A stretch of DNA of 63,425 bases, filler included, from Sphacelaria rigidula (taxonomy: Eukaryota): the NCBI GenBank assembly GCA_964200075.2. It is 7 parts of 7 records of this genome, joined end to end, with 100 filler letters (N's around TTAATTAATTAA, not from the genome) between each part and the next. Parts side by side here need not be neighbours in the genome. Positions count along the whole stretch, not along the records: positions 1 to 8,977 come from CAXNAA020009601.1; positions 9,078 to 18,052 come from CAXNAA020009602.1; 5 more parts are not named here. One strand, 5' to 3'. The position numbers and the translations under genes are program-made. Shown piece by piece: positions 1 to 11,500 of the stretch (the first letter of the stretch is position 1; every line of letters starts with the position of its first letter). A model generated the notes under the pieces. That model saw only the letters and a list, made by a program, of their open reading frames with translations. It was not told the DNA's origin and searched no databases.

Positions 1-4
1 GGGG

Positions 5-82
5 TGCTCCGTCTCGAAAGAGATGCGTGGTCAATGGTCAAACGACTACGGCAAGCAACAAATGAGTACGCCCCCCCCCCCC
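5..82 (+). mobile_element. 3' tail of C-tract LINE (last ORF2 codons, TGA, GTACG, poly-C) inserted into the Copia 5' LTR
   Basis: Matches the 3' end of the LINE at 52814-54240 and the copies at 18153, 32880, 45135, 52717 and 54241. TGA at 63-65, C12 at 71-82. Confidence 0.8.
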
Positions 83-83
83 T

Positions 84-232
84 CCCTCTTTGGGTAGTGT
101 TCAAGTGGAGTTTTACGTTTTGCGCGGAGAGTATAACACACATTGTTCAACCGGGGAATCAATTCAACAACAGAAGTCCCACGACCTTTCTCAAACATAG
201 ACCCTTGCGCCGAGCGAGAAATTCAGCCTTTA
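84..232 (+). repeat. 5' LTR (3' part only; truncated by LINE tail insertion and contig end)
   Basis: About 149 bp aligning to 7605-7753 with about 11 mismatches by hand count. Confidence 0.85.
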
Positions 233-291
233 CCCTAGCGATCGGGCTACGCTTCGCGCGGGCGACATCAGGGTTTATTCAGACATTAAAA

Positions 292-2130
292 ATGGACTTC
301 GAAAATCAAGTAGACGACCCCATAACGAGAATGCAAGGAACCGACCAAGACGCGGCGAGGGAGATACTATCAGGATACATGCAGGAGCAAGCGAAACAGC
401 TACAAGACCTGCGACAACAAAGTCAAGCAGACACTTTCTACGATAGCCCCCCCCCAAAACCAGCTAAAAGTGTCCCGAAAAAAATGGCCTTACAGCGCCT
501 GATGTTCGGGTTCAGGCTGCATGAAACGCCTCATGTTGGCGACATTGGCTAGAACGAACCCAAGCGTGGGAATTCCCAGCGAGCTCGGCTTTTCCCAGTT
601 CGATTTACGCGAAGATTTTGCCTCCCAAAACCATGCACTTTTGGGGGGGGGCTATCGTAGAAAGTGTCAGCACAGGACGAGGATCCGAGCCTGGGAGCGC
701 GCGCGTCAGCGACAAGAGCGGCGGCTCCCCAGCAGCGCATTCAACCTACGACTACGACAGGATTTCAAGACTCACGTCTGCACACGCAGAATCAAGCCCA
801 GATGGTACAGTCTGGTATATTAAGGGTACGTTCACGTAATAGTATAGCAGCGTGGGATGGTACGGCGAAGAGTGGTGAGGAAGTGAGACAAAGGTACATG
901 GTTTTCAAGCGACAGACGACAGCGAACTTCAAGCAGGAGCTCTGCGAAGAGGCTCTTACACAACTTTCCCCATTAGAGTACATTTTGATACAGAGCGGGG
1001 TTTGATCAAGAGGTTTGGAAACGAGTTGGTGGGAAAGGTCATGAAAGCATGTAGCATACTCGTCGAAAAGATTACCTTTGCTCCGCTCGTTCAGCAACTA
1101 GTAAGACTGGTAAACCCCAGCGAGGGATGGAGGTACATTGTAGACTACCACACGGTTTCTCCGACCACTGAGAAGGCACAGTTGGACCATCAATGGCAGA
1201 GCCTCGATATGACCTTGGGAGAGGACCCCCGCATGTTTCTCGATAGAGAAAAATGAATAAGGTACAACCGTGCTAGGCTTGGAGTCGTGATGTCAGATTC
1301 AGACGCCTACCGGCACTACATACGCCGCCTGTCAAGTGACTTCGGAATCTCGCGCGGCGTACTGCTTGCCATGGGTGAAGTAACCTCAGAGACCCTGGAG
1401 CGCATGGTGATGACGGTGCATGGAGTGATGGAACTGGCCAGGAGAAGGACAGGCAGGAATCAGGATGGGGCTCAGGGACACGCGCTCGTCGCTGCCACTG
1501 GGGGTGGTCGAGGCGGGGGCGTGCTGAAAAACGGATGACGGCAAGGTGGGAGAGACGTCGGCAACAGAGTGATGTTTTTTGTCATTTCCACAATACGATC
1601 CAGCATGCTGACTCTGAATGCAACGCACAACGAAACATGCACGCACAAGAAACTCGTGGTGATCGTGGTGCGTGGAATGGTGTTCGCCAACAGCAATACC
1701 ATGGTGCAGACAGTGTTGGAGGTCGTGGGGGTAGCGGACGCGGTAGAATGCATACCCAATCACCGCAGCAGCTCATCTAGCAACAAGAAGAGCAGCAACA
1801 ACGCCAACAATCACAACAGCAATAGCACCCCCAGCAGCAGCAGCAAGCGAGACGTGGAGGATGGGGTGCAGGGCGTGGATTTGGTCGCAGGTACGGTGGT
1901 TCGGGGCGCGGTGCAGGGAGTGACCACCCAGGCAGCCAGCTGCCGCATTATGATCCGCCGCAAGGTGAGTATGACTACTTGGGTTATCTTGATGGTATAT
2001 ACCGCCCCGTAGGCAACGAACTCCCAATCCACCACGCAGACCCCCGTAAACGATGCAGCACATGCGATGAAGTGGGCCACATGCATGCTTTTTCCCCATG
2101 GCGTAAAGTAGTGCGGCCGCAAGTCCACCG
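292..2130 (+). pseudogene. gag: Copia gag (MITE-interrupted, stops and frameshifts)
   Basis: ATG at 292; the frame rejoins across the MITE (QQSQA|QDEDP). Knuckle-like motifs CHFHNTIQHADSEC (~1580-1620) and CSTCDEVGHMHAFS (~2055-2095). RGG-rich linker. Confidence 0.75.
430..668. mobile_element. MITE family A (GACACTTTCTACGATAG-C-run TIR, 4-bp TSD AGCA)
   Basis: About 30-bp perfect TIRs; AGCA at 426-429 and 669-672; second copy at 8805. Confidence 0.92.
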
Positions 2131-2397
2131 CCCCGAAATCCGTCGGTGCGTCCTCAGAATTTTGCGTGCAGCTGACTGATGTTTACGTTCTTTAAGGTAT
2201 ACATTTCACCCCTTTTTCTCTGTACCAAGTGCAGAAGAAGCAGGATGTACTTTTGACTGAAACAGGGTTAAAATATGTTTGACGGCCGGCTTCGCTTCGA
2301 TCACGATGAGCGTTCTTCATCACAAAGGGCCATTCGATTACAGTCAACATACCAAAACCCCCCACTTGCGCCACTTGCCGTGCCAGCCGTAGGAATT

Positions 2398-2595
2398 CCT
2401 TCCCCTCCTCCAAGCGTTCGATTCCAGTCTGTTCCACCAGCGAATGTTGTGAATTCAAGTGTTCGCGTACAGTCCGCTTCACCTGGAAGCATTGTCCCTT
2501 CCCCTCCCCCAAGCGTTCGATTCCAGTCCGTTCCACCAGCGAACGTTGTGAATTCAAGTGTTGGTGTACCGTCTGCTTCACCTGGAAGCGTTGTG
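2398..2595 (+). repeat. Two 99-bp in-frame tandem repeats in Copia pol (33 aa, PSPPPSVRFQSVPPANVVNSSV...)
   Basis: Units begin at about 2398 and 2497 and are visible in ORF 2275..2667. Confidence 0.9.
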
Positions 2596-2610
2596 CCTGC
2601 CCCCACGAAT

Positions 2611-2903
2611 CACGGGTGGCCACTGGGGTCTGTAACCTGGCCTTTTTGGGACCTTATCCACATTTGATAAGGTCCGCGGATTAGGTGGACAATTGAAGAG
2701 CACTCGCACAGCATGGACAGGTTCGAAACAAAACATGTTCCAGTCTACAGGGGAGTCACCCGCCTATAGACTGGGACATGTTTTGTTTCGATCCTGTCCA
2801 TGCTGTGCGAATGCTCCTCAGTTGCCTACCCAATCCGCGGACCTTACCAAAGGTGGATAAGGTCCCCAAATGACCAGGTTACAGACCCCAGTAGGCACCC
2901 GTG
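2611..2903. mobile_element. Foldback MITE with CACGGG...CCCGTG termini and 2-bp AT TSD (CMC/CACTA-like)
   Basis: Near end-to-end palindrome with ~140-bp arms. AT at 2609-2610 and 2904-2905. Removal restores PTN|GVGSL. Confidence 0.88.
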
Positions 2904-3119
2904 ATGGTGTTGGTTCCCTCCGTGCAGCCCAAGGGCTCCACTGCCCAGACTTGAGTATGTTCAAGGATGAAGCTCTGATGGCTGGATTTGACGTGACCCC
3001 TCCCCAAGATTATTTTCCGCGTTTTCTGAGTGAAGGAATGGAAGTTGTGGCTTAAAACGGGACGGCCCTTGCTGTTCTTGCCCCCAGCTCTCACCCATTT
3101 TCAGCTGGAAAACCGAAAC

Positions 3120-4020
3120 AAGAAGTTGACAATACCTTTTTTCACGTTTCCCTTCCCCACATCCATTAGACGTTATTGCGAGGAACTGCGAAACAACAGG
3201 GCATTACTTTGACGGGGGTACTGGCGCCGTGTGCGGGATATTTGGAAGCGAAGGGACAGAGGCCAGGTATTCCGCGAGCACTGGGCACGAGGGCAAAGAC
3301 TGTACTTGGCAGGGCGCATCTCGACCTCACAGGCCCCCACCCTCGTACTCTGGGTGCATCAACTCATATGCTGGGCTGCGTCGACAGCAAGTCGCGCTTC
3401 ATGGTGTTTTATGGCCTCGCATGTAAGTCTGACACGCTCGCAAAGATGAAGCGTTTCATCGCCGACGTCAGCGCCATTGGTACCCCCGGTTGTTTTCGCA
3501 TGGACAACGGGGGTGAGTTCACCTCCAACGATTTCGGCGCCTTCTGCGACGACGCAACGATTCATCGTGAGCACACTGCCCCCTACACTCCGAAGCTGTG
3601 GTGGAAAATGCGATTTAGAGGTTCATGAAGGGGGGTCACGCAGCCCGTCTCGAAGCGCGACGTCTGTTCCCGGAGTGTCGCTTCGACGACATACCTCACC
3701 TGGGGGAGAACATGGAGCGTCTGTGACTGGAGGCCGTGGTGTGGGCAGCCGACGGATTCAATCGTTTCGCCACTACGGCGAACCCGGGAAGACTGTCGCG
3801 GTATGAAGTGTTCACCGGCAAGCGCCCTCCGCTACAGATTGTGCCATTTCTACAACCCGGGATGATGCGGATCAACCGCCGAGAAAAGATGGATGTTCAG
3901 TCCGTGGCCTGCCATTACCACAATTATGGTAGTAACCATTCTTCATCGATGGTGAAGGTCCTGACGGCGGCTACCGGTGCAGTCTGCTACACCAACAGCG
4001 TTGTCTGGACGGTACCACGT
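3120..4020 (+). pseudogene. pol: Copia GAG-pre-integrase and integrase (frameshifted)
   Basis: HLDLTGP, CVDSKSRF, FRMDNGGEF and HTAPYTP motifs. Confidence 0.9.
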
Positions 4021-4839
4021 GTGCCACTGCAATCGTCGGCAACGCCGCTTGTCGGGGGGGAGGAGGCCCATTCCAGTACCGTCGCCGCCACCGCCAGAGC
4101 AGCACCACGGGACGCCGCTCATCGGGGGGGGGGGGAGGTCCACACGCCGCTCTTCGGGAGGAAAGAGGTTCATGGCAGCACCGCCGCCGCTGTCGCCACA
4201 CCACTGCTCCCGCCGACATATCACACAGTAAAAGTCGAGCCGCCGCCGCCGCCGCCGCCGCGCCAGAGGACCCAGCCGATTCAGCCAATGCTGCCGCCGC
4301 CGCGACCGATCTTTCCGCTGATGCAGCAAACGCCGCCGCGCCCGCTGACTTCGCCGACTCAGCCGATGCTGTCGCCGCCGCTGCGACCGACATTTCCACC
4401 GGTGCAGCAAACGCCGCCGCGCCCGTCGACTCCGCCGATGCATCGATCGCCGCAGACATTCCCGCCGTTCGTCTCCGACTCTCCGGCCCAGATTCCATCC
4501 CCGATACCACCAGCATCTTCCTCGACTGCGTCGCGCGATGCATCATCCGCCTCTGAAGTGATGGATCATTCTTTTTTGCCGCTCCCAATGAACGTGAGGA
4601 AGGAGCTGGATCTGTAAACAGACCCCCGGCAGCCAGGGTGGACGCGGTCGGGGTCAACGCAATACAAGACAGACAAGGCTGCACTCTTGCACCACAGCTG
4701 GGGACTCATGCAGCAGTTGGATGAGCGATCTTTGCTGTCTACTCCCCTCACGCGCGGCGTAGTTGATGCCGGGCGACAGGGCAAGGATGGTGAGAAAGGG
4801 GGGCGCGGAGGGATACCGATGTGACTCGCGACGAGGCTG

Positions 4840-6727
4840 ATGACGCGTGAAGATATAGATGCTGCTTTGCGCGAGCAGCACCCGCCGCACATCCCGCCGG
4901 AACTCCCACAGTGTCCAGCAAAGGACTTTACGGTCCCCAACGGATACACGCAGGCGGTGCGCTCGGAGTACGGTGATTTATGGAGGGACTCGATGGGGCG
5001 GGAATGGCGGGGAATTCTGGGGGCGGGGACGATTGACTCAGCGGAAAAGCAACTCGTGGACAACTATATCCATGCAAAGTGGCTATATAACTGGAAGGCG
5101 GACGAGTATGGATGGCCCACGAAGATAGAGTCGAGACTAGTAGCAAGAGGAGATATGCAGAGAGAGATCATAGATTTTGGAGAACTGTATGCCCCCACCG
5201 TAGCAGTTTCTAGCGTACGTTTGTTGGCGACTCTAGCTTGTGAGCAAGATCTTGCGTTGCGTCATTTTGATATCCAAGAGGCTTTTGTACAGTCTGAGTT
5301 GAATGAGGACGTTTTCATGCGATTGCCACTTGGTTGTGGAAGCTTATCAGGTAAAATAGTAAGACTCAACAAAAGTTTGTATGGATCGAAACAGTCAAGT
5401 AGGCAGTGGCATAGTCAGTCGGCGGCGTGTTCATTTGTTTTGGGATTTGATCAGTGCTTGGCGGATTCGTGTGTGTTTTGGTTGATTGAGGATGGCAGGG
5501 TGATCATCACCATTGTAGTACATGTAGATGATATATTCGCAGTGGGAGAGAAGGACAGATGTGACGAGTTTGGTGAAGATCTTAACACGATGGTTCCAGT
5601 CGAAAACCTCGGAGACTTGCGTTGGTACTCTGGACTGTACTATGAGAGAGATATTGCTAGGGGTACTCTGAAAATTTCACAACAAACATACGCAGAGGAG
5701 TTGGCGGAGGAATACGGGGTACAGTGGGGAAAGAGTATCCCCATCCCTGTTGGTGCGAAGCTTGAAGAGTCGAGTGAAGAAGAGCGGGCAACAGAATTTC
5801 CGTTTCGGGAGTTGATAGGGTCACTGATGTGGCTGGCAACCCAAACGAGGCCAGGCATATCTAGCGTATTACGTGCAGCAGCGAGGTACTGTGCCTCACC
5901 AAAACACCTTCATTGGCGTCCTGCGCTTGGTATTTTGGGGTATGTTGGGCGAACAAGTTCGCTGGGGATTTCTTTTCGCAGAGGAAGTATACAGTGGTTG
6001 AGCTTTCATGTGCTTGCAGATGCCGAATACGCAAGTAAGGCAGCTGATAAGCGATCGGTATCAGGAGGGCTAGTGATGTGCGGAGGTGGATGTATGTCTT
6101 GGTTTCCAAGGACTCAGAAGTGTGTGACGCTGTCCACAACGGAAGCAGAGTACGTTGCCATGACAGATATTCTGAAGGAGGTTCTGTTTTTGAGACAAGT
6201 TTGGCGTTTCATGAGTCATGCTACGATAGGGGGGTGGGATTTTGGGCCGCTTTTTTCCACGAAATTCTACTCGAAATCGTCATTGATAGCAGCAACGGTA
6301 ATCTGAACGCGCTTGCTTCCGATTCATGACGCTGATTTATACTGTTTGGCATCGCTTTTACCCAAATACAAGCGCATCGCGAGTGTGTGGGGTCATCTGA
6401 CGCACCTATGAGCCAATTGTTTCGTGGAATCGAACACCCCCGCCCCCCTATCGTAGCATGACTCCCATGTTGCCGCAGATTGGAATATCATGCATCCCTG
6501 TGTTTGAGTATAATCAGGGAGCTGTTCAGTTGGCACAGAACCCAATCACGAACTCCAACTCCAAGCACATCGACGTGCGGCATCATTTCATCAGAGAGTT
6601 GGTTGGGAGGAATGAGGTTTCGGCCCTTCACGTGAGATCGGAGTATCAACATGCAGATTTCCTCACTAAAGTGTTGCCGACAGAGTCTTTTGAGTTTTAT
6701 GGTAGTATTGTCATGAATATTATGTAG
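4840..6727 (+). pseudogene. pol: Copia reverse transcriptase and RNase H (MITE-interrupted)
   Basis: YAPTV, HFDIQEAF, LNKSLYGSKQ, VHVDD, ADAEYA, STTEAEY and SKHIDVRHHFIRE. Confidence 0.95.
6213..6464. mobile_element. MITE family B (GAGTCATGCTACGATAG-G-run TIR, 4-bp TSD; Sola2-like termini)
   Basis: GAG...CTC termini; TSD TCAT/CCAT. Removal restores WRFM|LPQIG in RNase H. Confidence 0.9.
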
Positions 6728-7384
6728 CGTCTGCAGCACACTGGTACATTAGTTTGGTTTGAGTTGTTGGTTTGAGTTGTTTTCGGGGCAATTTATCCAC
6801 CCCAGAAAAGTAAGGGTACGAGGCCATGGTTGCAAGATTTTCCGTTCTGCGGTGATCTTTTTTTTTAATCTTCGACAGATACGACCGGATTTGATTTTTT
6901 TGTTGTAGACAAAATACTTTTCAATGGGTTCTAGTGTTGAGCTTTGAGTGTTACGAAAATTGCCGTAGTAAAAATCGGGAAACTGGACGGGTTTTCGACT
7001 TTGCGTTTGCTTGATGTATTTTCCTATGTTGTCGAGTATAACTCTTGGATTTTTGACATTTCTGTTCGTGATTATTTGAATTTTGAATTCAATTTCTTCT
7101 TTTTCAATACTGAACGGCGTAATGGGATAGATAAAAAACATGAGTATGTCATGGAGTATTGAGGAAGAGGACTAAAGGAAGGAACTTCAGTTTGCTAAGT
7201 GGATGACGTCACCGTATGTCTGTACACGGCTGGGAAGATGTTTTTCTTGTGATTTGGTAATATAGGATTAGATATCGTCGATTGGTTTTATTGTTTTGGG
7301 GATGAAACATCCCCGTATATTCAGATGAGAATACGTCTACTAGGGTTTGAGACATGAGTATATTTGAGCCGTGAGTAGGAGGGC

Positions 7385-7753
7385 TAATCAAATATACTCA
7401 CACTCAAGGATAGATACATGTAAACATACCTGGATTGAATCATGACATATGGGAACGGGGCAAGTAAGATATGCAGTTCTGTTATTAAAGGTATACCCGA
7501 TATGGTGGTTGCAGCAAGTATCTGCCGAGAGGCACACGACTCATCGCGTGGCCAAGGAATGACGTGTTTTTATTGCATGAGTGACGATTAATGATTGAAC
7601 TCCCCCCTCTTTGGGTAGTGCTCAAGTGGAGTTTTACGTTTTGCGCGGAGAGTATTATATACATTTTCCAACCGGGGAATCAATTCAACAGCAGAGGTCC
7701 CACGACCTTTCTCAAACATATACCCTTGCGCCGAGCAGGAAATTCAGCCTTTA
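7385..7753 (+). repeat. 3' LTR of Copia (~369 bp)
   Basis: Begins right after the polypurine tract; its 3' part matches 84-232. Termini are not a clean TG...CA. Confidence 0.8.
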
Positions 7754-8284
7754 ACCGGGAGTCCGATATTCCTTTGCCCCACGGAACAGATGCGTGCTCC
7801 GCGGGACACTAGATATCCCACTACTCTCGACAAACCTCCATGAGACTCCGACCCTATCGGTATAATCTAGGGATCTCGAGTAATTTCACGGTATACTTTA
7901 CAGAGTGCGGTTCCTCTCTATTATGACTCCGATACATCCGGACATGATACACTCATACGAATACCCTCCCAATGCCAGCCTGCAACACTCAATGATCACC
8001 CTTACTATTTCTCGCATTTCTCTTCTCCCGAATGAAAATTGCACGCTCACCGAAAGAAGCAAATATATGGTAATGCCTTGGTCGAAACATCAGCACGCTG
8101 CTCTTTTCTAGAGACGTGCACCAGAGCTACTTCCTCGTCGTCTACTCTCTCCCGTACAAAGTGCAGACGACAACACGCTTCATGTGAGCGGTGAAGAGCG
8201 GATCACGAGCGAGCGAGATTGCTCCATCAATCCTCTTCAAGTCATTTCATTTCCTCTACATTTTGACTGGGGGTAAGAATGAGG

Positions 8285-8700
8285 CTACGTCTTGAACGAA
8301 AATCGCTTCCCGCAAACATCGACCATTGCTAAATATTCAGCCTCTGTTGTGGAAAACTCAATACCCTTCCACCTCCTGAAATGCGAATCGACCGTTGACC
8401 CATTCGGAAATATTACGGCACCCGAGCACGATCGGCAAATAGTGGACTGACTTACGTAGTCAGCATCAGCGTATACTACGACGCCTTCTCCTCCATCATT
8501 GGGGAAGATGAGCCCGAAATCCGGTGATCCGCGAACATAGTCCAGAATCTTGCGCCTTATCACCACTTTCTCCGGGTTGTATGAGTAGCGTACCATAGCT
8601 TGCACTGCGTTGGCAATGACCGGACGCGTTTAACCTCACAGCTTCATAAATATTCCCACCATCTCCGGGAACGGAGCTCCTTCGATTACGTTCTCCTCCT
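8285..8700 (-). pseudogene. pol: Second, older Copia RT/RNase H remnant in the opposite orientation
   Basis: ILDYVRGS, YADADY, RSCSG and STTEAEY. Confidence 0.85.
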
Positions 8701-8804
8701 CCACGCTTCTAAGAGCGAAGAAGGGCACTGTCGAGCAACTCGAAAGCGATGAATAATCTGTGTTTGAAGAAGACTATAGTTGGAAGTTCTGAGTTCTGGT
8801 CGTT

Positions 8805-8977
8805 GACACTTTCCACGATACCCCCCCCCCCCCAAAGCCAGCTAAAAGTGTCGCGAAAAAAATGACCATACAACACCTGCTGATCGGGTTCAGGCTGCAT
8901 GAAGCGCCTCATGCTGGCGATATTGGCTAGAACAACCCAAGCGTGGGAATTCCCAGCTTCTCGTTGTGCTCGGCTTT
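8805..8977 (+). mobile_element. MITE family A, second copy (cut by contig end)
   Basis: Collinear with 430-600. Confidence 0.85.
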
Positions 8978-9077
8978 NNNNNNNNNNNNNNNNNNNNNNN
9001 NNNNNNNNNNNNNNNNNNNNNTTAATTAATTAANNNNNNNNNNNNNNNNNNNNNNNNNNNNNNNNNNNNNNNNNNNN
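8978..9077. other. Artificial contig spacer N44-TTAATTAATTAA-N44 (also 18053-18152, 27128-27227, 36203-36302, 45278-45377, 54352-54451)
   Basis: Identical 100-bp linkers with six-frame stops, every 9074-9075 bp. Confidence 0.98.
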
Positions 9078-9599
9078 CCGCCAACGGTAGAGGGGGGGGG
9101 GGGGAAAGATCGATCTACTACCGGTCCCGATAGAAAAAAATACGAAAAGGGGGTAATGCCCTGCCGGATGGCTTCCGGCAAGAAGTTCGTCCACAGAAAG
9201 AACTGGAGTAAACGAAACAGAACATTCCGAAACGAAAGGCTGTTTGAAAACCACTTATGAGGGCGCGAGCTCTCACACAGGAGCTCTTAGGAAGCGAGAT
9301 ACAAACACGACCATAGCATTTCCAACTACAATCTAACGCAGGCGCAAGAGCGGAAACAAAACAAAACACAACAAGAAGCCAACAGGGAAGGAGGAACAAA
9401 GAGGAGATGAAAAGAAAGAGCGCGGGCGACGATAAAAAAACAGGGATGAACTCACGGGCAAGAACGAAAATGAACAGGAACACAGCAAGGGAAAATCGCT
9501 GAGGACGCAAACCAAGGAATAACTCAACAACCGATAAAGCCAAGACAGGCATACATCAATTTGCGTGCTACCCCTGCCTCTTTAACTCATCCTTAGTCG

Positions 9600-11500
9600 G
9601 GTACACGGCAGGTTACTCTCGAGACTACTTGAATCTCGGATCCCTCGCGGCTTGTTGCTGCTGTTGTGTCTGTGGTGGTGGCTATTTGCGACCACGAACA
9701 CCTCAGCCTTTCCTTGCCTGTAGCGTAGGTCTGATCGTCGCATCGCTTCTCGTTCCCACGCCTAATCGAACTCCCCCGTCCCTTCTCCGACCGCCAGGTG
9801 CCATTTGCCCACGTTCTTTGCGGCAGTGAATCCAATATTGCGAGTCTTTAGCCTCCATATCGTCGACGAACCGTTCCGTTTGTATTATCTTGCGTCAGGC
9901 AGCATCTACAGCATATTCGTGCTCCCCGAGGCGGTCCCCCATGTGCTTGGAACGCCGGACGGGCTTCTTGGGCCCTTGTGTGGCCAAACGCCCAACACTT
10001 GGGGCTTAGGACGACGTATTTCGGCCTGTCGTACAAGGGCCCCCGCGGATGAGCGCCGACGACAGCGGATGAGCGTCTCGACACGGTCACAGTCACTGCC
10101 AGCACAGCTCTGTATGAAAACGTTTTGTCATCACTGTCATCCAACCCTGCCAGGGCCAACTGCTCGCGGTAAAAGCTTGTGGTTTTCAGAGCACAGGCGT
10201 TCGAAGTCCTTTAGGTACAGCGTTCATGTAGCGCCTGCGTGCAGCATGACTTCCATCACCTCCGCTTTGAGCAACCCGAATGGTCAAGGAGAGCTGGACA
10301 CTGCGCCAGTTGCATAGCTAGGAATCAAACACAATCGGAGGCGTACTCACGCAATGCTGACGCGGCGTTCGATTTCGATGGAAATACTGGTGTTCGCGCG
10401 GACAGCACAACCAAGATATTGTAGACAAAGCCGGCCACATATTTATGATCGTCGGCCTGCCGCCTTGACGTGCAGGGCGGCCTCTGCGGAGCTGGGGACT
10501 GACCACAGGGGCAGGGACTCTGCCTCCCTCTCTGGTGTCGAAAATCTGAACTCCTGACAGACCACCACTATCACAACCACCATTCGAGCGAAGTCCGTCT
10601 GGCGTCCTGCACGCCATGCCCGCGTGTCACCCGCGTACAGCATTGCCCACACCGCACGAGGCACCCTTTTCAGCGGTGTTTCTTCCAGGGGCTCAGCACA
10701 TTCCACCTTGTATCGCAGCATCCCAACACACCGAGGCTGAGACGATGGCCGGGTCTGTCGCGAAACGGTAGAAGATTACGTCGATCAATCCTGCCCCGAA
10801 GATGTTGAACAGTAGCGGTGACGAAACGCTCCCTTGTCTGAGTCCCTGACAAACACGGAAATATTGTGATAGTTCGCTATCACTCAGCTATACCCGAGCT
10901 CAGATGCCATCGTGGAAGATACGGATGACTTTGCTAACCCGTCCCAACTCCTGCAGCCAGCGTAGTGCGAAGATCATGTCGATCATTGATCGTTAGCACC
11001 GGGATCCGCATTGTTCTTGCGTGAAAACTCCCTGCCCCCTCGCAGACACTAGCGAGCCTATTGGCTACGATTTCGAGGAGGCCTTTAGTACATGTGCCAC
11101 GAGGGATATATCCTTCTAGTTACCACACTCGCTTATATCATTCTTCTCGTAAAGCACTTTGATAGAGACGCCGTTCAACTCCTACGGCATCTCGCCAGAC
11201 GTCCGAACAGCAACGACGACGCTGTGGGAGTGGGACAGAACCTCCGAAGGCTCCTCGACCAACCAAAGCTGACACAGTTGAGCAGGTAGCTCATCGTGCC
11301 CCTTTGCTTTTCCATAGCCACAGCTCCAGTGCCTCTTTTGCTCGATCCAGGCTTGACGCGTCTCGAAGTGACAACGGTTGCGACGGTCGCACGATGCTCT
11401 GGCTGTTGGTTGGATATATGGCTGCCGATGTTAGTCTTCATTGAAGAAGATAAGTACCATTCCTGTTCATCACACATTGAACCCTTGAGCATGACCGGTG
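9600..11500 (-). mobile_element. Degenerate RTE-like LINE, RT domain and C-terminus (may extend to ~12250)
   Basis: Minus-strand translations ECGN*KDISLVAH, EQCGSRC*RSMIDMIFA and WAMLYAGD are decayed RT motifs. Confidence 0.78.

Larger units (their letters stand above)
84..7753 (+). mobile_element. Degenerate Ty1/Copia LTR retrotransposon
   Basis: Domain order gag-PR remnant-IN-RT-RH. Direct repeats at 84-232 and 7605-7753. Polypurine tract GAGTAGGAGGGC at 7373-7384. Confidence 0.93.

Noticed and set aside
5-70. Recurrent ~70-nt sequence as adapter contamination, CRISPR repeat or hammerhead ribozyme
   Set aside because: Copies are diverged, dispersed and contiguous with a LINE ORF2. There is no spacer array and no CUGAnGA core.
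7385-7753. Non-canonical TA...TA LTR termini as a novel feature
   Set aside because: Only one intact LTR start is available and the element is decayed, so mutation from TG...CA cannot be excluded.
9022-9033. TTAATTAATTAA palindrome recurring every ~9075 bp
   Set aside because: Artificial six-frame-stop linker centred in N runs; not biological.
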